A stretch of 64,000 nucleotides of DNA. It comes from Amoebidium appalachense (lineage: Eukaryota > Protista > Ichthyosporea). Location: positions 6,675,264 to 6,739,263 of the forward strand of contig CAVNZM010000006.1 of NCBI GenBank assembly GCA_963693365.1, in the 5' to 3' direction. Both the position numbers and the translations under genes were made by a program. The notes beneath the pieces were generated by a model, which was not told the DNA's origin, searched no databases, and saw only the letters and a list, made by a program, of their open reading frames with translations. The stretch's first letter is position 1, and the number at the start of each line of letters is the position of its first letter. Of the stretch, positions 19,110-64,000 are shown piece after piece.

Positions 19110-19326
19110 GTTTGTTGGGCAGGGGTGACCAAAACAGCAATTACCCTAACTGATCGTACCAGATAACTTAGATCCAATCAATAAATGTCCGGAGATACCA
19201 TCGAACTTGCAGAAAATGCAAGATGTATACACGTTTCCATAAAACACCATGATCCCAATCAAAAATGAAATTCGTGACTTTTCACGAGCCAAGGGGATCG
19301 AGGGGGGGAGCGAGAGGGAGAAGGAG

Positions 19327-19358
<32 letters not shown>

Positions 19359-19505
19359 AGAGTCCACTGGCTGGGCTCGAGCTCGAGGTTTAGGACAACA
19401 ACAGCTGTGCCACACACATCTGCACAAACACACACACGTACACAATCACGCACACACACATGCGCGCGCACACACCATATATATATATACAAAACACACA
19501 CATAT

Positions 19506-19536
<31 letters not shown>

Positions 19537-19544
19537 CACACGCA

Positions 19545-19579
<35 letters not shown>

Positions 19580-20624
19580 TCACTAAGTCAAACCAAACAG
19601 ATAACCAGGAGAAAATTAAACAAATTAAACCGTAACTCTGCACGCAGGCACGCATCCGCACGCATCTGCGGCAGCGTTTGCCATTGGGCGAGCTTGCGTG
19701 CAAGTCTGCGTGGGGATGTGAGAAAATGTGTTGTATGGTACAATGGCCACACCTGCTTCATTTTATTATGAGGCTCCAATCTCTTTTTTTGACTAACATG
19801 AAAGTTAACAAATCATCCTGAGATATACTCGTTTTGCTCAGATAAACCCACGTGACTTGAAATTAACCCACATGTGACGACTAGCAGTGACAAACCCCCC
19901 ATATGGCTCTACTTGATATACGTATATCTGCCGTGCTCGAGATATACCAACTTTTGATACTCGAGAGATTCTTTGACACGTTCTAAATTCACAACCCACC
20001 ACACAACAGCCCAGAAGTTACACAAAGAAAAGAAGAGCCCCTAACACATTTCCAATAATGACTCCATAATAGGAGACACGGTTAATTTCACTACATAAGA
20101 ATGGGGATGGAACCAAGTCCACCCGCTATTAAATCGCGCTAACACAAACAATCAACTAGTATATGTTCACTCAAAGCTATATGCCGTAACATCTCCCGAA
20201 TGTCCCATGAATAAAAAAATTTCCTACCTGGGGGTTGCCACACGCACACACTGCTTCACAATATCATTCTTCCCGCCTGCAAGGGGAAACATGTAGGGAC
20301 CCGGGGCTGCAAACAGGGAAAATCCCTTCGACAAAACAACCAATTCGCAAAAGAGAAAATGCAGCGGGGAAAACATGCGCACCATAGTTTGCGCATAGGT
20401 TGTGTGCCAAATGTCAAATACCCGCTACACATTCCCCTCAACAAGGAAAAATCTAATTCCCGCAAAATGGAATCGTCAGGAGGCAGCGAGAAGGAAGGGA
20501 GAGCAAAAACGAGAGAAGAGACAGGGGTGACAAAGCAAACAACATAATACTAAAAGGTAATAATAACTAAAACAATTTGAATTTGGTAAAATTAGCCACG
20601 GAAAGCGATTGGAGCAACCGTAGA

Positions 20625-34537
<13,913 letters not shown>

Positions 34538-35464
34538 GTTCTATGTTAGTGCTCAGACAGCACCTTTCTTAAACCAACCTTTCTGTGGTAAACGTGCCTC
34601 CTAGTTCCTAGTCTCCTAGCTCCTATACCCGAGTACCACTTTCAATAATCCTGCCACATGAACAAGTAAGCCCTCACACGCGTACGCCCCACTTCTGTGA
34701 CGTTTTCAGAGTTTTCTGTCGCTAAACAGCACATTCCCCTGCCAAAAGAATGCAGAAAACGTAAAATAGCAGAGCCCTGGTGTAGTCTAACATGGACTTG
34801 ACGTCATATGTACAGGCGTTTTCTTTTCGAGATTGTACTGCTTTTTCCCAAGTCCCCTATTTACATTTTCGATAAAGACTACACACTTTAGACTGCGTGG
34901 GGTGAGCCGCTGTATGAGCCGAAGCTTGCGCAAGTAGGATGTAGCGATTTGCGCAAAATTTTGGCGGGCGATATGTTTTCGCTGAAGTCCATCATCGCTG
35001 TGTCGCTTTGTGTTTCAGTTGTGCACAGCTGACGGAGTACATACAATGGTCGTTTTTCGTTCATGATCAGGTTTAGAAGGCACTGTTAGGGCGAGCATAT
35101 AGAAGTTGAAAGGCCATAGGGCATTGGTGTGCACCGTCTGCTGGTCTTTTCTGTGTCATAATTCACTTGTTATTACAGAAGCAGTAAACTGCCTTGATCA
35201 CCAGTCGTGTTAGGAGTTTAGCAAAGCCCCTGTGCCTTGATGCTGTTTTATCGTGCACATCAGAAACCCACTCAACACAGTCTATATACGTTTCGTTTAT
35301 TCCCGTCAGCATTTCTTTTTTATAGGAATGGCCTGGGTTTTTTGAGTTTGTTATCAGCCTTCAGATCATTACAGCCCCATATAGCATCTTCATTTGGGGG
35401 CAACCGGCAACCTTGTCTTGTAGCCCTACAAGCGCCTTGCTTGTAGGAGCGTTCCCTCGTTCAA
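34538..35464. promoter_or_regulatory. Putative bidirectional promoter between the kinase and SENP genes
   Basis: The two genes are head-to-head ~930 bp apart. The spacer is free of microsatellites and has TGACGTCA at 34799-34806. Confidence 0.5.
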
Positions 35465-47118
<11,654 letters not shown>

Positions 47119-47396
47119 AAGAACGGTAATATTCACGTGGAAAACCCCTTTTTTTTGGTTTCTGAAAACTTGGCAACGATACACTTGTTGTGGGGCAAAT
47201 GACAGTACACGGGAATAGTTATCGTGTTTGAGTATTGGGTGGAGCGATATCATCTGTTTTTTTTCTCCCCTTGGTGTGCCTGTTTCCGCTAAAGCCACGA
47301 AAATGTGCTACAAAAGTGGTGATGCCTTGAAATTTGTGTGTGTCGTGTCTAGCCAGTTTTTTTGTCTTGAATCGGCCACTGGGGCAAAGAGGAGGA

Positions 47397-47462
<66 letters not shown>

Positions 47463-48225
47463 ATAATCTTGCATGCCTAGGCATTAATGGTATCAATTAT
47501 GGCACTGCGCGGCGACAGTTGTTGGTATATGAAATCGAAATATATGGAACAAAAATGGGGCAGGAATATGGGCTGATTTCGAAAGGCATTTACGTATAAC
47601 GGTTGGGTCTCGCCTGCATTATGTATTGTTTGGTTCGTAACAGGACAGTTTTTTAAGTGCTTGTTGATCGTACCATGGGTCGAGTGGACGCCATATGTAT
47701 CAGAAATACGAGTTTCCCCCCGGAAACACTAGATGCACACTATAGAAAAGCAGCAGAAGTAGCTACTACTACACACTGTATGAACGTTTTTCCCCGGCAA
47801 AAACACCGGAATTTGATCTCTGTCGAGGCTGCCTGGGGCGCCTCCAGCCAAAATGACATTACAACTGAAAATAATAAAATGCAGACAACGTTAGGTGAGA
47901 TGTCTGGTGTGCATATTACATTTTTTTGCACAGCCTGTACATAAGACTGTTCATAAGGAGCAAAGGTTTGATATAGACCACCCCGGACGGCAAACTGCCA
48001 CACGGATTATCTAATTATAACTGCCATATGGCTTCCAATCTGAAATGATGTCGCACTATTTCCTACCATAAAAGGCAGTAAGGATGCTGACGTCATTCAA
48101 CACAACTATAGATTGAAAACCATTTATTCGGTAGTTGGCTGATCTCAGTAGTCTCACGAGTCGTCAATCTTCTCTCCACATGTGCGTGTGTGTGCGTGTG
48201 CGTATGTGCGCGCGCGCACGCGCGC

Positions 48226-48267
<42 letters not shown>

Positions 48268-48282
48268 GTGGGGGGAGCTGCG

Positions 48283-48334
<52 letters not shown>

Positions 48335-48758
48335 GCCCAACCACATCGGCAGAGTCAACTTGCACGTGCACAAAACAGAATAATTCTGCAAAAGCGGAAT
48401 TATTCTAATTCTAGCAGAATTATTCTGCTAAAAGCAGAATTATTCTGCAAAAGCAAAATCTCTCTGCTTTTAGCAGAATCATCCTGCAAAAGCAGAATCA
48501 CTCTGCTTCAAGCAGAATTAATCTGCATTTAGCAGAATCGTTCCGCAAAAAGCAGAACTATTCTCCTTTTGACAGCAGAATAATTCTGCTTATAGCGGAA
48601 TAATTCTGCTTTAGCGGATTGATTCTGCATTTAGCGGATTGATTCTGCTTTTAGCAGATTGATTCTGCTTTTGCTGAATGCTTTTAGCAGAATAATTCTA
48701 TTTTTTTTTGCAGAATAATTCTGCTTGGAGCAAGTTGACTCAGCCGATGTGGTTGGGC
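48335..48758. mobile_element. MITE with 29-bp TIRs and an internal array of GCAGAATAATTCTGC palindromes
   Basis: Left gcccaaccacatcggcagagtcaacttgc (48335-48363) vs right gcaagttgactcagccgatgtggttgggc (48730-48758), one mismatch. No credible protein ORF. No clear TSD because the flanks are G-rich. Confidence 0.8.
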
Positions 48759-48773
48759 CCTGGAAAGGGGAAA

Positions 48774-48826
<53 letters not shown>

Positions 48827-49301
48827 TTTTCTGGGGAGGTCAGGGGGTGGGTGGGGGGGGCTAGGACCGGTATATACACAGATATGGTGAGTTGGGGTGT
48901 TCCATTTCTGTATTTTTCGATTGGCTGGGGGAGCCACACGTGTGTGTGTGTGTGTATGTGTGTGTGTGTTGGGCGGATTTTCTAGGGAGGCCAAGGGAAG
49001 GGGCGGGGGGGAGGATTTCCGTCGGTGGTTCAAAGGTGCTGTGGAAGGCCTGGGGGGGGGGGGGGGGGACTTTGAGCGTGTTTCAGCACCGGAGTTTTGA
49101 TTCTGTAACAGGCGGACTGAATTAAGACCAGGGGGCTGTTAAAACTATTATTGATTATTGTAACTCTCTGACTCACAGAAGTAAGATTTTACGCCATTAT
49201 TACAGCAATAGCAGCTGGGAGAGCACCGTGATACGTCGAACTATGGCGTGCATGTATGTGTGTGTGTGTGTGTGTGTGGTGCAAATCAGGGTGTAACTGT
49301 G

Positions 49302-49425
<124 letters not shown>

Positions 49426-49972
49426 AACATGCAAATCCAGGCGTCACGCGACACATCCTGTACACAAGTGTGAAATAAATGATGCGGCTCTTATAGCAGG
49501 ATCCTTGTGTTGCTTCATCATGACTTAAATGGCATTAATTTGGGAAGTCTGCATGTGGTTTTGAGTTGTACATTTTTGCCTGTTGCGTGTATGTTTGTTT
49601 TCAAGCGGCATGTAAGGGTGTTTTGGCAAACATACAACAGCCTAATCTTTTTGCTTTCGAGATATACATATGCACATTCGATTGGGGGTTGGGGGATGGA
49701 GGGTGAGGGGGGGAGGGAGAGGGGAGGCAAAGACGTTAACAAACGAGAAAGGGAACTAAATATCTTGTCCGGATCGTGTGCAAAAAAAAAAAAAAAAAAA
49801 AAATGTTGCCTAAATTTCTAAGGTGGGAGAAAGAAAACGGACAGAACCTGTGTCCACAACAAGAAGCAAACAGCACATCTAAACTACGGTGATTTTTTGG
49901 AACGCGGGAAAAGTTGAAAACGACATACAAGCAACTAGTGACAATTGCCAAGCCACCTGCCGGTATACACGT

Positions 49973-50770
49973 TTATGTTCTACCATACGCTTCACGTGCC
50001 TGCACATCTATCACCCTCATTGCCTTTTCAATCATATCCGTCACCCTTTTCCTTAGTACAACCTCCTCTTCCTCCCCATTACGAAACGCTATGCTCTCTT
50101 TCGTGAAAGTGAGCGGATCCCCTACGTGTAGCTCAACTCTCTGGTTAGGCCGAGGAATGTACGGTCTTCTCATGGGTACCACATTCTGCATCCCAACATG
50201 AATCAAAGGAATGACTATCGGTGTGGCCTCCGGTGCAAGAACCATTCTCCCCACTCCCCATCTCAACGGCAGTAGCTCATCCTGTAGCATGTTGACCTTT
50301 CCCTCTGAAAAAACATGTATCCAATCCCCTTGATTTAATCTCTCGACAGCGAAATCTATGCCGCGTTGAAAAACACCCTCCCCTCTAATACAGGGAATGA
50401 CTTTGCCAAGCGCGAAAAGCCTTCCCACTACCTGGTTTGGGAAACATATTTCCTTGGCTGCAAGAGTCCATCTCATGGCTTTTGGATTCAACAGCATTTC
50501 GGGTGGGAGAATGCCCCACAAAAGCGGGTCGTCGATGTTACACTTGTGGTTGCTGACTGTGATGAGTGGCTGGCCCGGTTTTCGGTGCATGAGTGCATCC
50601 AAGAGCACATCCTTGTTTTTCACTGTTATGTTGTTGGTTTTCATGAAAATCTTTGAGAGGATACCAACGCTTGCTACGACGGCAAAGCTTCCGAGGTTCC
50701 AGAGTGGAGGCGTTTTGGTCGTGGGAGGCCAGACAAACGGGGCTACGAGGCCCTTGGTAACCGAAGGCAT
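49973..50770 (-). CDS. TAZ: Tafazzin (cardiolipin transacylase, PlsC-type acyltransferase), single coding exon, 265 aa
   Basis: PLITVSNHKCNIDDPLLWG (HxxxxD motif), MRWTLAAKEICF, GKVIPCIRGEGVFQ, GDWIHVFSEGKVN, LRWGVGRM and PIVIPLIHVGM are the tafazzin signature blocks. Confidence 0.95.
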   Translation of the reverse strand: MPSVTKGLVAPFVWPPTTKTPPLWNLGSFAVVASVGILSKIFMKTNNITVKNKDVLLDALMHRKPGQPLITVSNHKCNIDDPLLWGILPPEMLLNPKAMRWTLAAKEICFPNQVVGRLFALGKVIPCIRGEGVFQRGIDFAVERLNQGDWIHVFSEGKVNMLQDELLPLRWGVGRMVLAPEATPIVIPLIHVGMQNVVPMRRPYIPRPNQRVELHVGDPLTFTKESIAFRNGEEEEVVLRKRVTDMIEKAMRVIDVQAREAYGRT

Positions 50771-51793
50771 GTTGTTAACTTACTATTGAGCAGCTTTAGC
50801 GTTTAAATGCAACAGATGCTATCTTAAATGTGTGTACCCCTAATGTTAGTTATGCGAAGATACCTGAGCTTCGCGACATTCACTCGACACCCACCCGATA
50901 TATGTGCGCGGTCCGAGCAGTGTTTGTGAAAGCGGGAAACGTGGATCTGGGGAAAGGGATCGCGAAAGGTTGGTCTATCGTTTTACATGTCAAATATGCA
51001 CCTTAGTAAAGAAAAGCTGAAGAGCGTTGACGAAAGATTATGGCTCTTCAGTGTTATGCATGAATGAGGCTGTAGTGTGTGGACAGAACAAGCAAATCGT
51101 CTACGAGCCTGAGTGGAGGGTTGGTCGTTTTGATAAGTGAATGCGCGCACGCGCGTGTGTGTGCGTGTGCAAGTGTATGCGTGACAACGAGGAATGCTTT
51201 CCAAGAAGTGATGCTTACAACTTCTGTGGAATAAAACCATGGAAAAAAGAACACGAATTTTTGAATTTTACACGTTTATAACGGTGTGAGACTGTTAATG
51301 GTCAGTGCATGTGTAAACAGCGCACATTTCTTGCTGTCCCCTCACTAGCACTTCACACAAGTGGAAACGGGCGTGACGTCCTACGTCAAGCACACATTGC
51401 GGTTCATCGCACCAGCTGACAGGGTGTGAAATGAAGCCGGTGACTGCGGAAAGATATCGATGTCGACAGGAAGTGAGTGCCTACCAACCTTCTTGCGCTG
51501 GTTTCTACTGTATTTTCGTTATTTTCTTGCAAATGTTGTTTTTATATTAGAAAATTTGAAAAATAATTTACTTTCTGGGAGAAGTTGAAAGTCCGCACAA
51601 TTTAACATTGCAATTGTAGAAAAATATATGCGCATGGCGAGGGGCTTGGGCCTTAAATGGGAACTCGGATTGGTATTTTCACCCTGTCTGTGGTGCGGAT
51701 TATGCCAATCATAACACTCCGTCGAACTTCGCTAAGTTAGCTATATTTGGTTGCAAAGAAATTGATATCATTGGTCATCGCCTAGGTGCGCAA

Positions 51794-51824
<31 letters not shown>

Positions 51825-52194
51825 AAAAGGACTCTGAGCTTGAAATGGTCAGCCAAGCATGATGATATCATTAGCATTTGCTCAAATTAGGACACAGGCT
51901 CTGAGGGAAAGGAAAGGAAGCTGGGAAAAGGCTGAGGTATGTTTTTTTTTTTTTTTTTTTTTTTTTTCCCCCCCCCCGCAAACCCGTGGGGATGGCCGTA
52001 GTTGTTTTTGGGCCGCGAAATACCGGTGGCAGTTATTAGAGGAACCAGGATTTTTTCTTTCCTTCCTTTCTTTTCTTTTCTTTTTAAATGGGGTGTGTGT
52101 GTGCGTGCATGTGGGCACACGCACGTTAACGCGGTGCTGCAGCTGCAGGTGGTGGTCACCTTGATGGTGTGCATGCTTGTGTGATGTGGTTTGT

Positions 52195-52225
<31 letters not shown>

Positions 52226-53038
52226 GGGGGGAGGGGGCTGCATATGTGCCAGGGGGATTATGTATGTCACGACGGTGAGTGCAAAACCGTTGTGGTAATG
52301 AAACTCAGTGGCCATATATGCATTCAGGCAACAGGCAAGGCCGGTATATTTAAGAATACACCATGTTGGGGCACTCTTGGTTTAATGAGTAATGCGCACC
52401 CTCGTAGGTAGCTAGAATGGCTTATTGCCAATGGTCACTCAACTATGAAATACCGGGGTGTACACCGGCAAGCAAAACCAACAGCAGCCACAAATTCAGG
52501 CCGGACTTTTAAAAACACAAAAAAGGAAAAACCAAAACCAAAAAACGACTCAACCCGATGTTATTTTGCATGCAGTTGATATATGACTATCCCCCCCCCC
52601 ACACCCTCCCCCCACACCCACACACCCCACCCGACCCACCCACCCACCCACCCACCCACCCTTCCCTCGCCTTCCGAGAATATTCAATCCTCCCGCGCAT
52701 ACGTATATCCCAGTGGCACTTCCTCATATATTTGTATGGATTATTTGGCGATACGATTGATATATGTGGAGCTTGTTCCCCTCCTTGATCGTAAAAAAAG
52801 ACGAAGAGGTGAGGAAGGGGGAAAGAAATAAAGAAAGAGACCCGAAAGAAAGCAAAAGCCGTGAAAGTCCCCCCCATCATCCCCCCCCCCCCCCCCCCCC
52901 TCCCCCCGAGTCCACACACAGACAAAAGGGAAAAAAAAAAGGGGGAGGGGGGGGGGCGCACAAGTATAAGGTAGGTTTTTTTTTCCCTTAAAAAAAAAAA
53001 AAAAAAGGAAAGAGGAAAAGAGCTCATACCCCCACTCT

Positions 53039-63469
<10,431 letters not shown>

Positions 63470-63498
63470 GTCTTCAATGCCCCTGCAGATAGGAGGGT

Positions 63499-63605
<107 letters not shown>

Positions 63606-63713
63606 GAGGGGGAAGAGGGGGTGGGCTGGCGGGAAGGGCGGGGGGGGGGGGGGGGGGGGAGAGGAGGGGGTTTAACTCGGAAAGGGAGGGAAGGAGAGAG
63701 CTAAACTTTTTTT

Positions 63714-63757
<44 letters not shown>

Positions 63758-63941
63758 GAAAGAGACGATGTAAAACTCCTGGACCAGACAGATTGGTACT
63801 AGTGCAGCAGAGGTACAAATAGCAGCACATGATTCTACCCACCAGCCCATTTGGTCCAAAATAACACATGCAGACCTTTCCCTGTCTTCCCTCACTATCA
63901 CACCCCCTCCCCCCCCCTCCCCCCGCCGCCCTAACACACAT

Positions 63942-63982
<41 letters not shown>

Positions 63983-64000
63983 AAAAAAGGGACGGGGTTA

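Noticed and set aside
48370-48725. CRISPR-like array of palindromic repeats (also 4600-4920)
   Set aside because: There are no unique spacers, the units are degenerate and abutting, they are enclosed by TIRs, the context is eukaryotic and no cas genes are present.
49782-49803. Poly-A tail of a tafazzin retrocopy
   Set aside because: The A-run is on the + strand, so it is poly-T relative to the minus-strand gene. Such runs are common in this window.

Overview
Eukaryotic, intron-dense genomic DNA. The gene set suggests an opisthokont, possibly a unicellular holozoan, but that is inference only. The introns are packed with (GT/CA)n, poly-G/poly-C and other microsatellites, so nearly all ORFs in the track are artefacts. 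Assembling exons by hand at GT-AG sites gives six protein genes: the 3' part of DNA polymerase iota (+), a coiled-coil/BTB/WD40 protein (-, 13 exons), a C2-domain Ypk1/Gad8/SGK-type AGC kinase (-, 18 exons including an 11-nt microexon), a SENP/Ulp1 SUMO protease (+), an intronless tafazzin (-) and an MFSD8/CLN7-like lysosomal MFS transporter (-, 12 exons). Several MITE-like elements are also present. The most notable observation is a ~155-nt element found twice on the sense strand of introns in two different genes (27128-27284 and 58775-58927), plus 3' fragments. The two copies differ mainly by compensatory base changes. They define a pseudoknotted RNA with a K-turn and all hammerhead core motifs (CUGANGA, GAAAC, GUH) in a non-standard strand order. 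The second notable pattern is that many introns start with (GT)n/poly-G and end with complementary (CA)n/poly-C directly at the acceptor.
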